From Camelus ferus (lineage: Eukaryota): a stretch of 64,000 nucleotides of DNA. Where the stretch lies: NCBI RefSeq assembly GCF_009834535.1, contig NC_045698.1:11472001-11536000 (forward strand), given 5' to 3'. Shown piece by piece: positions 39,439-52,192 of the stretch (the first letter of the stretch is position 1; each line of letters begins with the position of its first letter). A model generated the notes under the pieces. It saw only the letters and a program-made list of their open reading frames with translations, had not been told where the DNA came from and did not search any database. The position numbers were made by a program, and so were the translations under genes.

Positions 39439-39550
39439 GAATATGTAAATGAATAAATGTATGTATATGCCTGACTGGGATATTGTGCTGTACACCAGAA
39501 ACTGACACACTGTAACTGACTGTGCTTCAATTAAAAATAAATAAATAAAC
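39439..39550 (+). mobile_element. Very short L1 3' end
   Basis: TGACTGGGATATTGTGCTGTACACCAGAAACTGACACACTGTAACTGACT...TCAATTAAAAATAAATAAATAAAC; decayed TSD AGATA(T/C)AGGT(G/A)GG at 39426 and 39551. Confidence 0.8.
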
Positions 39551-39562
39551 AGATACAGGTAG

Positions 39563-39734
39563 GATTGATGGAATTGTCCTAAATCTGTGCTGTCTAGTAC
39601 AATAGCCACTGGTTACATGTGGCTAGTGAGCTCCTGAAATGTGCATCCAAGGAGCTGAAGTTTTAGGTTAATTTTAATAAATTTGATTTTCAGTAGCTTC
39701 ATGTGGCTAGTGGCTACCATATTAGGCAACGCTG
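39563..39734. mobile_element. MER3-like hAT-Charlie element
   Basis: GATGGAATTGTCCTAAATCTGTGCTGTCTAGTACAATAGCCACTGGTTACATGTGGCTA...CATGTGGCTAGTGGCTACCATATTAGGCAACGCTG, with an internal inverted repeat. Confidence 0.8.
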
Positions 39735-42700
39735 GTGTAGCAGATATTTGGCTGTATGTGTTTGATGTTTGCAAGAGATACACCGAGAAAACATGGTCTA
39801 GGCTGGACTTTCAGGAGTCATTAGCTTACAGGCAATTGCTGAAGCCACGTGAGTGCGTGAGACCACGGAAGGGAGGGGCGCAGATGCTAACGAAGAGTTA
39901 AGGATGAAATTATCTGGGAACCCGGTTCAATAAGTGGTGCACTGCAGAAAAGAGTGAGAAAACAGCTCCTGAAAAGGAAAAAGGCAAAGCAGAAGAGAGA
40001 AAGGTGTTGCAAAACCACAGGAGAAATTTCAAGGAGAGAGCAGTCCACCGTGTCACAGAAAAATGGACTTTCTAAATAAACTATGAGAAAAGACTTCCAC
40101 AATTACAGTATTCTTTTGCCAAGAAATGCAGTGGTCATATTTTGTTCGCCAAGAGTAAGTACATTGTGCTCTGACCTTGGATTTTTATTTTTATTCTCCC
40201 TGCCTCACCCCTACTGACGTGAACGACATTTCAACGGTTTATGGCGGCAACAATAAGGAATTTATAAAGATGAGACTACACCAGGAAATCCAGAATAGTA
40301 TGCCCCTAAAAACGCCGTGGCAGACAGCCCAGAATTTCTTCCCCATGAAGGCCTCAGTAGAGATTGTATAATTTTTGTCAAACGCTGCTGCGGATAACAG
40401 TATCACTTTTCATAGACTCCACCTAACTACTCTGTAAAGTAGGCGGAATTATTTCCAGTTTACAAAAGAGGAGGCTGGTGGCCCCTGGGGTTTCAGCAAC
40501 TTGTCTTAAATGATGCAAGTTGCGCACAGGAGAGCAGAGGCAGGGACCCAAGTTCATCTGTCTTCAGCGTTCTTTCTCCTTAACAGCATTCCCTAAACTT
40601 GAGACATTTACAAATGCCTTCATGATTTTTTGCCGTGTCTACTCACCACCTGTACTGCTATTCACTTAATATTTTTAAAAGTAAACTTACAGTATTGTTT
40701 TAAAAATAAGCATTGCAATATTACCTTACTTAAAAGGCCAGTATCACTTGTCATAACTAAGTGATTTTTAATAAAAATAATTATAGTGAATAATTTTAAA
40801 AGCATAAGAATGCTATTAAATGCTAACTAAATGCTGCTGCCTATTAAAGACTTTGAATCTGAGGCCTGCTTTCTTTTTGTTAAAAAGGAGGATTAACAAA
40901 TGTGTTCTAAAGACACGCTCTACCGTGAAGAGACTATCGCCTCGCCTTTTGAAAAGAGGAGCATTGAACAGCAGTGGTACTCTCTCGTGGGGACGAAACA
41001 TCCTTCTTTCTAGTAAAGAATGAATAATATAAGGTCATCTCCCTTTGCCATTTTACAGATGAAAAACAGCGCTAAGAAGTCATCGTTTCAACACAAAATA
41101 AAACCATAAGGAGGCTGGTGAATTATAATCCAGGACTTCTACAGAGTTTCCGAGGCCACCTGATATTTCCTCGGGCATACGTTTCCTAAAAGATCCTTTC
41201 TAGATACTAGGCATTGCAGGCAAAACCGGCCTTCATGAGATGTTCGCAAGATGCCATTTTTGTATATTTCATTGATTATATTTATGGCTTTTAGAGCAAT
41301 GTGGGTTAAAAGCTTCCTTAGCAGTGTGACCTGTTCCCTTTTAGAAGAATTTAAGGGCAAAACAGAATCCATACTCAGTTCAGAGTCAAGAACTGGATAA
41401 ATTGGGGAACACGTGGTTAGGCAGATGTTAGACTAAACTATATGAAAGGACCCTCACCATCCTCGTCAAGACTTCAGGGACCAACCACCATAGCTGCGCC
41501 CTCATAGGACTGATCTAAGTGACTGATAAAGCAAAGTTTTTGTTCTCGAACAGAAATCTTGGCCATAATCTCATCCTAGGGGCGCCACCTTCTAGATAAT
41601 ATTCCCGGCAAGAACCCGTGAGTCCCAAAGGTAACTCCCTCCAGGTAAAATGCAAGATTAACCTTGTCTGTATAAATTTCCACTTGATAGCAACCGATAC
41701 CTTAAATAAGTTCTAGAGTGTGTATATGATGTGAACCACATTAAAAGAAAATATTTTGAAATAAAACAAGAAGGAAAAGATCCCTTAGATTGTATTTTTT
41801 TTCCACTAGCTAGGTTTTATAGATCTGTTTTTTTAAGCTTGAGTTTAAGCTAAGAAAAGAAACCTTGCTTTTTATGGCAAGAATTCTTGAGTAGAAAGAC
41901 AACTTATAATCGAAAGCATCTTGCACAAAAGTTTTGGTAATCAGAGGGGGAAAATGCAGAGTAGCTTTGTAAATTTAGACTTTGAAAGGCCAGTGTAATG
42001 TAAATATGACTTCCTAGAGTGTAAACAGCAGTGGTTTGAAAATAAAAACTTGTACAAAACAGGCAGCTCTCTAGTTAGAAGAAAATGTGTCTAATAAGCA
42101 TGTATACATGAGATGCCTTGAATATTTTTGATACTGTACTGTCATTACTAAAGATGTAAAATTTCCAAGACTTTTAAAGCCATGAGAATAGAAGTTGATA
42201 GAGGTGGGGCTTTTTTGTTTTTTCACCAGAAGAAAACAACTATACTTTTTGGTATTCTTTACATATTTAATTTTAGAACATAAAACATATTGCTCACACA
42301 TAAATTACTCCCTCGGAAGTGTTTTAAATTATTAATGGTGCCACAAGTTCTTAAACTTTAAAGAATCCACTATCTCTTCTTTTAGACAACAGATGAAAAT
42401 ATTAATGTAAGTATCATTTTATTGATTTGGCTTAAGATCTCCATTTTATCCAACGAAGTTTAGCCTCATTTAGAGAAAATCCAAACACCTACCAAAAATC
42501 TTCCTTAATTCACATGTTTGCCACTGCTGGGAGATTTTATATTCATTGTCTTCACCTTGGACTTCTGAAAACTGACTCTTTTTTCAGACCTGGACATACG
42601 TTTCTGTCTTTTTCCATCCTGGATTTTGTGTGATTTAAGCACATCCTCAACATAGTCATTTTTCTCTCTCCTGAAAGGCTACAAGCAATTGGAGAGGGCG

Positions 42701-43944
42701 TTGCCTTTGCCATGGAGGTACTTCAGTGGGGCTGTGGTGCAGGAAAGAGGTGGGCTCGGAACATTTGCTCTATAATCTCGTCAAATGCAAAAACTCCTCC
42801 CTTCCAGACCCCACTGGGCTCTCGGGCAGCGGTAACAGTGTGTTAAATAATACAGTGAATGAATGAATCACCGCTTTCTTTTCTGCCTATAAATCTGTAA
42901 TCCAAGAATCTGCAGCAGCTCAACCTACTGAATGTTAATACCCAATGTCTATCTCTGTGTATTCCTTGCAGTTTATTTCGTGTCTTTTCCTGCAGACATC
43001 AGTGGTGTGTAGTTTTGTGTTACGTTTCAAGTTTTTGGATATATCCAGCTTCTCGAGCTGGATCACGAGGAGACACAGGCCACAAAATATATGCCTTGTT
43101 GCAAAAAGGGATGCTCATTTCTCCTTAAATTCTCCCATTCTGCTTTCATGCCATTCACATGTGTTCATCTCTGCCTTTCTTAGAATCTTACGTATTCATA
43201 ATTGACAACCTCTTTTCCATTTCCAGTTTTATATTTGAAATTAACCAGACATCCTTTTTGCAGATCTTATGATTTTTTCCTTGTATAGCTTTGTCTGTTT
43301 GTCGGTTCTTCCATTCACCCATCCATCCGACCACAAGGTAATCCATTGTGTCTGTCTTTAATGGGTTCCATTATTCATGTACTTTGCTCAAAGAATATCT
43401 GCAGAGTCCGCAGCAGCCTTGGTAACTTTAGAAAGCCACTTGCCTTTTACATTCTAGAAATTTTTCATATGTTATGAAGATGTATTTCTCTCCTAAGAGT
43501 TTGGGCATTCCTTGTCCTGATATTTCAGGGGACGTTTTATCTTCAAACAAGAGATCCAAGCAGCCTTTGCGTGTACTGCTTTCCAGTGTTTCTGGCCAAG
43601 AATGCTGTGTAGGTGGTATCTGTGCCTCATGGTGATGTGGCTACCATAGAAGCAGCAGGAAAGGAGGGCTTTTAAACAAGCCACCCTGTGCCATTTCATC
43701 ATGATCTCCATTTCCAATTATCAAAAAGACGTCTCAGAATTTAAGGACACAGTGTAGGCATCAGTAGATGTGATTCTTGATAGGAGCTTTTGGAAATGTG
43801 TATTTCACTTGCCACTTTTTGCAAGCGCTGTTTACCCTGCTCAAAATAATGCCTGGTGGGGAGAGTTCTTTCATTTACTACTGTGGATCTCACCATTTGC
43901 CTGGGGGTGGGGGTGGGTGGTATAGAAAGACGTAACATAATGGA

Positions 43945-44403
43945 TTTTTTCCAATGTAGTCTATTTACAGTGTGTTAATTTCTGGTGTACAGCATAGTGA
44001 TTCAGTTATACATATATATTCCTTTTTATATTCTTTTCATTATAGACCATTACAAGGTTTTGAATATGTGCTATACAGTGGGACCTTGTTGTTTATCTAT
44101 TTTTATACAGTAGTTAGTATCTGCAAACCTTGAGCTCCCAGTTTATCCCTCTACATCCCCTTTCCCCCTGGTAATCACAAGTTTGTTTCCTCATATGTCT
44201 GTGAGTCTGGTCTGTCTCTGATTTGTAAATAAGTTCATTTGTGTCCTTTTTTTTTTCCTTTCTTTTGTTTTTAGATTCCACATATAAGTGATATCATATG
44301 GTATTTTTCTTTCTCTTTCACTTAGTATAATGGTCTCCAGGTCCAACCATGTTGCTGCAAATGACACTATTTTATTCTTTTTTAATGGCTTAGTAGTATT
44401 CTA
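43945..44403 (-). mobile_element. 5'-truncated L1 3' end
   Basis: Colinear with 2983-3440 (TTAATTTCTGGTGTACAGCATAGTGATTCAG...AAGTTCATTTGTGTCC...CCATGTTGCTGCAAATG). Confidence 0.9.
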
Positions 44404-45317
44404 TAATGGCTAATTTTTATGTAATTGTATACAAAAGTGTACAATGTATTAAAATTCGCACTAATATCCTCCCAGAGTTATCATTATACTGTGTTGTAGA
44501 CCAATAGGTACCACCTTCCTGCTAAGATAGAGAGGTGGGTTTTGTCCTCAACACCTCAGATTGGTGGAAAGTCACCTGGAAAAGGTATTCAGATATGAAA
44601 ACATGTTCATTCCTACAAAATGCCCTACATTCAGAGTCTTAAGCTCAAATAAAGTCAGCTTTCTTTCCTCTTCTGTTTTTATTGCAGTGTCATAAGGCCA
44701 GGCGGAGGTTTCCAGGTTTCTTCTAACTCTGCCATCTTGATGATCCTCTCCTCTCTGCATGTGTATCCATGGTGTCAGGGCATCCGCATCCTTGTTTCTA
44801 AGCTCTGTCAGGAAAATTAGCAGCTATTGCCCATGTCCATTTAGCTGTCAGTCCTCTGAAAAGGACATAGGAGAAAAAACTACATACAAAGGAAGTACTA
44901 GGTCTTTCCGAGTGCCCTGTGCAGACAGAGTGTACCACTTCGTGGGCGGAAATGACCCTTGTTTTGAATTGAATGCCACGCTCTATTTTCCTGGCTTATT
45001 GGCATTTGTATTCTTGGACTCTTGCTAGTTCTATGTGGAAAACTACTTCTGTTTTTATAAACCATACCTAGTGGCAGTAAATGGCTCCAGCACCAAAGAA
45101 CAAGATAGACTGTGTGTCAAGCCATGCATATTTTTACCCATAATAGCATTTACTTCCAAATTAAAAATGTGTGTATATATATGTATGTATGCATGTATTT
45201 GGCAAATATATGTATATTTACATATTTCTATTTCCCCCTTATATATTTCTTGACATAAAGTATTCGGAAAATATAATTTGTGACAACATCTAGCTATGTA
45301 CATCTCCAGTTGTTACC

Positions 45318-45675
45318 TGTCTTAGTCTGTTCAGGCTGCTACAGCCAAAGACTGCAGACTGGGTGGCTTATAAACCACAAAATGTATTTCTCACAGATCT
45401 GGAGGCTGGAAGTCCAAGATCAAGGTGCTGGCAGATTCTGTGTCTGGTGGGGGCCCACTTCCTCATAGATGTCAGCCTTCTCACTGTAACCTCACATGGC
45501 GGAAGTGAGAGATAGCTCTCTGGGGTCTCTTTGACAGAAGCCCTAATCCCATTCATGAAGGTTCTCCCTAAAGATCTAATCACTTTCCAAAGGCCCCAGC
45601 CCCCAATACCATCACCTGGGAGTTAAGATTTCAGCACACGCATTTGAGAGGGATGGAAACATGCAGACCATAGCA
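45318..45675 (-). mobile_element. MaLR LTR (MLT1A-like)
   Basis: TGTCTTAGTCTGTTCAGGCTGCTA...CTGGAGGCTGGAAGTCCAAGATCAAGGTGCTGGCAGATTC...CTAATCCCATTCATGA...CAGACCATAGCA. Confidence 0.88.
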
Positions 45676-46819
45676 ACACTCATCATTCTTTATTATTTTT
45701 GTAATTACCAGGTGCTATTTATCAATTATGATAAGTTGTATGCTTTCTAAAATTCTCTGCGGGTTCTTGACCTGCTGCAGAATAAGTAGGAAAAACTCAG
45801 AGAATGCTGGTGTAGGCTCTGGCAAAAGAGACGTCAGCTTTCCTGGCTGAAATCTCCCAGACTCCCCTGCTGTCTCCACACCCTGGCGAGCAGTGCAGAG
45901 CAATCGTGAATTACCGCCGGGAACCCAGCCGCCAAGCGCTGGGTAGGGGAGCCATTCCTGGGCCCCTGAGTCGCCCCAGGGCAGGATGTTCCTCACAGAT
46001 GTGCAAGGCTGCCATCTCTTTCTGAGTGTGAATTCTCTTCATACGAGAGCATGATTTTTGACAAAGAAAAGAAAGAAAAAACTAAAAGCGTTACTAAATG
46101 CGCAGCAGTGCTAGGCAATTTGGGCGCATTCCTAGTATCCATTGCTGAGAGTGTGAAAAAGCAACAAAAAGTGAACCGGTTATAAATGTAGGTTTTTGGA
46201 ATCCACCTCCACCCCCACTGTGACTATAGTTCATTCTTCAGGGGCCTAAGTCAAGCTGTGCAGGTCTCTGCGGAACACTGTTAAGGGTCTCTCTTTCAAG
46301 ATGAACAGAATGTAAGCAGGCGGGGAGAGATTTCAGAGCCCTCACAGCTGCAGAATGTCAGAGCTGTAAGTCTAAGATTATCTCCCCTCCACCCCCCCAT
46401 CTGAAGTAAGCTGTTCACCTGTCTAAGAAAAACACTAACTTCAGACACAGTCTTTGAGTCCATGTAATCATGGTTAGAATCATGGTAGCTTGGATGGCAG
46501 TTCTGAAATTCGTCATTGATTTACACTTAAGGTTTTCTTTAAAGATTTACTATTTATTTTAGCTGATTACAAAAAAAAAAGAGTACATATTTCTTTAATT
46601 ATGAATGATTTAAAATGCAGTGTGTATCCCACCTGGGACAGAAAAGTACATATCAACCTAGAAATTGTTCTTTTTTAGACATATAAATACTTCCATTCAA
46701 TTTAGGGCATTTATGTGCACCTACTATGTACCATAAACCATGTCAGCCTTGCCAGGACACACATAAGAAAAGGATTTAACCCTTGTATCAAAGGAGTTTT
46801 TAGTGTAATGGAAGACATA

Positions 46820-47215
46820 TCCATCATCCGTTGCCACAGTAATGCTGTGGTACAAATCACCCCTAATCTCAGTATTCTAGCTCACACATCTGTGGTTCAT
46901 CTGGACATCAGTTGACCCCAGCTGGGCTTGGTGGAGCATGGCTACAAGTTCTGTCTGCTAATCTGATAAGATACAGGCCTCTCTCCATCCTAAGATCAGT
47001 GGACCAGCCAAGCACGTTCTTCTCGTGGTGACAGAAGCACACAACCACACAAATGGCTTTCGGCAGATCACATCCCCTAACATTCACTGGCCAAAGCAAG
47101 TCACACGGCCAAAGCCAACATCACGGGACCAAAGAGGTACACTCTGCCTAAGAAGCCTGCAAAAGCGTATGACAAAGGATATGGGAAATCCAGAGAGAGG
47201 TGTGAAATTGAACAA
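46820..47215 (-). mobile_element. Old MaLR LTR (MLT1J/K-like)
   Basis: GTAATGCTGTGGTACAAATCACCCCTAATCTCAGT...CTAACATTCACTGGCCAAAGCAAGTCACACGGCCAAAGCCAACATCA. Confidence 0.6.
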
Positions 47216-47792
47216 TACAGTCAAGCAAATTAGGGAAAGATAAATTCATGCATGTTTGTGTAACAAAGGGAAGGGATTTCAAAAGGGAAATGATTAATAA
47301 TATCTCAAAGACACTAAGAAAGTCTTCTCAGAGGAGGTGGCATTTGCTCTCAGTAACAAAAGGTGTTTGCATTTCAAGAGGCAGACAAGCTGTGCGTATA
47401 GGTGTGTGGGGAGTGCAGGGGAGGCAGACAGTAATTCAAGGATGCTCCACGAGCAAAGTCATGGACACGTGTGGGACATTTGCAGTGTTAGGTTATGGAG
47501 AAGTACATTAAAAAGAAAACATAGTAGAAAAAGCGTATCAGTAAGAAAGTTACAAATAGACAGCAGAGATGTCCTGTGTCAGAAGTTCTGGTGTTGTATG
47601 TTACTGCCGGAAGTTCTTTGAAAGGACAAGTGTCTGAAAATTCCCAAGGTACAAAATGTGAAAAAAGACCCAAGGATAGAATTTTTGTTTAAATCTTTAG
47701 AGCTATAATTAGAGCTGGAAATGACTTAGAAATTATCTAGACCAACTCTCTTACTTCACAGATGAAGAAGTGTGTACTTTGGAGGTAAATTC

Positions 47793-47980
47793 TGTGTGTA
47801 TGTGTGTGTATATATATATATACATTATATATTATATATGTATGTATATTCACATGTGTGTATGAAATATATAAACATATTTAGAAAGAGAATAAATGTC
47901 TTCCTAAATCTATCCATCTAAATATTTAAAATATAATATATAAATATATTTATAGAGAGAATCAATTCTTTCATATATAC
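47793..47980. repeat. (TG)/(TA)-rich low-complexity region
   Basis: TGTGTGTATGTGTGTGTATATATATATA followed by AT-rich degenerate TA repeats. Confidence 0.8.
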
Positions 47981-48546
47981 ATCAAGGTTGGGGGAGGAGC
48001 AGATATGAACTGAGCAGCAGACTTCTTAAAGTGGTATTCCTAAGAATGCTCCATCCTTCATAAACTTAGAACCACATGATTACACCCCCCAAAGCAACAA
48101 CAACAACAAAAAAAACCACTTGTATCCTCATCAAGTGATCTTTCTGGTTCACATTATTCAAATGCAAAGGGAGAAATTATTAATAAGAAGAAAAAATAAA
48201 TATTGTCCAGATATTCAATGCCTGAAAATGCCATCTGAAATGCCTAGCCTAACAGAAGAAGGAAGTGGGGTGGTTCCCCAGAACCCAGACCACAGAGTTT
48301 AGGGTACTGCTATCAAAAGATGGACAGTAGGGGGCAGGTGAGGACAAAGACAGCCAATGTTCTGCACACCCACTGGCCAGCCTTCCCTTCCTGTGAAACA
48401 CGTTTGTAAATGAAACATTTTCATCTGCCTAACCGAAGTATAATTAGAAAAGTAAATCAGTTTGCGTCATCATATATGAGGTTTCATCCCAGTGTAAAAA
48501 TAACTAAACTTTGAAGTTGTGTCCTTTAATCACCATTAATGTAGCT

Positions 48547-48768
48547 CAGAGGTCAGCAGACTGCAGCCCTCCGGCCAAAGCAGCTGATCTGTTTTTACAG
48601 AACAAGTTTGATGGAAATAGCCACAACTGCCCGGTTACAGATTGTTTATGGCAGCTTTTGCTCCAAAACGGCAGGGCTGAGTAATTGCAACAGAGACAGA
48701 GCCCACATGGCTTGCAGTGCCTCAAATATTTCATATCTGGCCCTTTCCAGCTAGTCTGCCCAGCCCTG
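48547..48768. mobile_element. MER58A-like hAT-Charlie element about 200 bp upstream of the F-box exon
   Basis: CAGAGGTCAGCAGACT...TATGGCAGCTTTTG...GGCAGGGCTGAGTAATTGCAACAGAGAC...AAATATTT..TATCTGGCCCTTT...TGCCCAGCCCTG. Confidence 0.8.
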
Positions 48769-48963
48769 TTGTTGATATTGGAGGATGAGCCCTTTTCCGG
48801 AATGGGTGAAGCTGGCATGTGCTTCCGCTTCCGGTGATGGATTCAGCAGGGGTCCGTCCAGGGAGGACGGCAGTGGAATGAGTGTCACCACCTCGCCTGC
48901 CTCCCTCCGTCCCGGGGCTCTGCTCCCGCCATCCTTAACCCTTTGCTCTCTGTCCTTTGCCAG

Positions 48964-49575
48964 ACTCCGACCTGAGCATGCGCACACTGAGCACGCCCAG
49001 CCCAGCCCTGATATGTCCACCGAACCTGCCGGGATTTCAGAATGGAAGGGGCTCGTCCACCTCCTCGTCCTCCATCACCGGGGAGACGGTGGCCATGGTC
49101 CACTCCCCGCCCCCGACCCGCCTCACCCACCCGCTCATCCGGCTGGCCTCCAGACCGCAGAAGGAGCAGGCCAGCATCGAGCGCCTGCCGGACCACGCCC
49201 TGGTGCAGGTCTTCTCCTTCCTGCCCACCAACCAGCTGTGCCGCTGCGCCCGCGTGTGCCGCCGCTGGTACAACCTGGCCTGGGACCCGCGGCTCTGGAG
49301 GACTATCCGCCTGACGGGCGAGACCATCAACGTGGACCGCGCCCTCAAGGTGCTGACCCGCAGGCTCTGCCAGGACACACCCAACGTCTGCCTCATGCTG
49401 GAAACCGTCAGTGTCAGTGGCTGCAGGCGGCTCACGGACCGAGGTCTTTACACCATTGCCCAGTGCTGCCCGGAGCTGAGGCGGCTGGAAGTCTCCGGCT
49501 GTTACAATATCTCCAACGAGGCGGTCTTCGACGTGGTGTCCCTCTGTCCCAACCTGGAGCACCTGGATGTGTCAG
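48964..49575 (+). CDS. FBXL7: FBXL7 internal coding exon (equivalent to human exon 3): Ser/Pro-rich linker, F-box and first LRRs
   Basis: Polypyrimidine tract plus CAG acceptor (AG 48962-63) and donor G|GTACGT after 49575; 612 nt, phase 1-1. Translates DSDLSMRTLSTPSPALICPP...IERLPDHALVQVFSFLPTNQLCRCARVCRRWYNLAWDPRLW (F-box)...LEHLDVS, recognised as FBXL7. Confidence 0.98.
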
Positions 49576-51726
49576 GTACGTGGCAACTGACCTATCAGTG
49601 GGCCCCTCCCAGTGCACCATCCCAAAGCAGCAGAGGACATGGTCACCTGGGAAGGGGCCCCTCTGTGAAAGCCATCAGAGATGATGGTAAGGAGGCAGAC
49701 TCTTCTTCCTGAAATACTGTCTTTATGGAATCAGGACCCTGGGGGCCAGCCGTATCCTCTTCATCAAATAATGTCAATTTCTTAGAGGAACTGGAGGCAC
49801 CTTTTGTCCAGCAGTTCATTATTATGACTTTGAAATGCGTCTTTCCTCCCCAAAATACTCAAAGTCATTTCAGAGCAACCGTAGATAATGGGGACTAAAT
49901 ATCTCATCGCAGATTAATAGGAACCAACTATCTAACTCAAACGCAAGTAGTTTAGAAAAACCACCCTGACGTCCACTGGTTGTGGTTCCCTGGAGCCTGA
50001 GAGCTGTGTCCAGCTGATTCTGTGCTGCGGGCTGTGCTCATGATTGTTTGCAGACACTGGGGAAAATCCATCCTGGCCAGCGGGCTCCTCATGTTTCACC
50101 CTCCTCTCCTCACCCTTGGATAGATATTGCATCTCTTCTCGACAAAATTCTCAGTTACAGGGTGCAAGGGTAGGGCCCGAGGAGTGGAGCCTTCGGTTCT
50201 TTTTAAAAATGAAGGAAATCCCAGCATGGCTGCTTTGCTTGCAAAGCTCTCTCAGGCAGGAAGAATTAAAACCCAGACTCACACTCAGGCGCCAGACGTA
50301 GATCCAGCCGGACTAACAGCCTTTCTTTATCTCATCCACTGCCCAGTCGAAAGATGAACGTTTGAGGGGCTGAAATGTGTAAGATGCATCAGGGAGTTAA
50401 AGAAATGAACAGCGTGAGCCACCGCCTCAGGGACTGTTGCCGGGCTGGGGGGACGGGGTGGGGTGGGGGAGAAGTAAAAACCACTGTGACAAGCGAATAA
50501 ACAAAATTTGCGATTTACAAGCATCTGAGGTAAATGATACCCTCCCACCAAACCCGAGGTAAAAGTCAGCTCTCTGAGCTCACTCTCTCTTTTGAAAACC
50601 GACATCTGAAAACATTTCAGACGGCAGTCAATTATTTTTCGCAGATTCGTTCCCCCGCTGGAAAGCAGCTCTCCGCTCCCCTTGTTCAGCTGGCTTCCGG
50701 ACAAAACCGTCGTAACCGTTTGTTCGGTTAGTCTTGAGCAGCTGCTGGCGTCGAGAAGCAGGAACCGAAGAGGTTTTTCTTACATTTTTCCCCCCCAAGG
50801 AATTCTGGAAAGAGAAAGCATTGTGATGTGGTGGAAACTAGTTTCAAAACTTGTGATCTGAGACAATTCACAGCTTTCTCTAGATGTGTTTCCTCTTCAC
50901 TTAAAAAAAAAAAAAAAAAAAAGGTGGGAGGGGGGCTAAGGGATTTGACTCTTTAACACTCTAAGATTTCTGAACCTTGAGGGCCTCATTTATAAACACC
51001 TCGTTTTCTTTTACTTTCTCAGATTAGGAAATGACTCAGTTTTGGGCTCCCCATACACCCCCAGTACAGGCTGCAAGTAACTGTGTTCTCTCTTTGGAGT
51101 CTTTTTGACATTCAGAAATGCAGAAATGACTTTGGCTGGTTGGGAGTGGAAGTTTCTGGGCTTCTAGCCTGAGTGAGTGGATCCTGCCTGACCCCTTTGC
51201 TAACCATTGTGTAAACCTTCATGCCCATGCTCTCCATCTGCCTGACCCGTTGCAGGATCTTCCTCACACGTCCCCCGATGACCCCCTGCGATCTGTGTAC
51301 ATAGAGTCTGTCCACGGGGGAATCAGACTCACCAAGAGCATAGAATTCCAGGTGTTGGCAGGACCAGGGTGGGGCTATTCGTGTAGATGAACTTGAAAGA
51401 CGCAACAGGCCATAAGGATGGGTCTGTGTCACCACCTCTGAGTGGTGCCCTCCAGCTCTGAGGGAATCTGGAAATTGCTGTGGTTTCACCTATGCCTTGT
51501 TCCCCTTGGTTCTCACACCTTCTCGATGGCAATAAACTTGACTTTGGCAATAAACTTGACTTTGGAAGACTCCTCTCTGGTCTGGAGCTTAATTCTCCCA
51601 GAGGACATGAGACTGCCCCTCCCATCCTTAACAAGCCCAGCTTGAAAGTTATCTTTTCAAGTCATTGAAAGTTAGTGTAATTAGCCCTAGTGTTTTTTCA
51701 TTATCACATATTACCTTTTATTAATG

Positions 51727-52192
51727 ATTAGTCAGGGTTCTCTAAATATATATATATATATGTATAATATATATATATATATATATGAATTGGCTCGCAC
51801 AGTGATGGCGTCTGAGAAGTCCCACAGTTTGCGATCTGCGAGCTGAGACCCAGGAAAACCCGTTATGCAGTTCAGTCTGAGTCTAAAAGCCTGAGAACCA
51901 CAGTTGCCGATGGTGTTGGTCTGAGTCCAAAGGCAGGAGAAAAGCAATGTGCCAGCTCAGTCAGACAGAGAGAGAGAATTCTCTGTTCTACCCTTTTGTT
52001 CTATTCAGACCCTCAGCAGATTGCATAATGTCCAGCCACATTGGGGACAGCAGTCTGCTTGACTGGGTCTCCTGGTTCAAATGTTAATCTTATCCAGAAA
52101 CACATTCACAGGCACACCCAGAAATAAGATTTAGCCAAATATCTTGGTACCTCGACATTTAGTCAAGATGGCACATGACATTAGCCATGACA
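51727..52192 (-). mobile_element. ERVL LTR (MLT2-like) with internal (TA)n
   Basis: ATTAGTCAGGGTTCTCT...(TA)n...GAATTGGCTC...CTGAGAAGTCCCA...AAATGTTAATCTTATCCAGAAACAC...CACACCCAGAAATAA...CATTAGCCATGACA. Confidence 0.85.

Noticed and set aside
40585..40960. Possible MER113/Charlie-like DNA transposon remnant
   Set aside because: Only a partial resemblance from memory (TGAGGCCTGCTTTCTTTTTGTTAAAAAGG) and ends could not be defined; needs RepeatMasker.
187..48300. Numerous 60-125 aa ORFs in the long intron
   Set aside because: Lengths expected by chance, many inside repeats, with no recognisable domains, coding-like composition or exon structure.
48785..49684. 299-aa off-frame ORF and 225-aa antisense ORF (48885-49562) over the F-box exon
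   Set aside because: Pro/Ala/Gly-rich shadows of a high-GC3 exon that cross splice sites into intron; no independent support.
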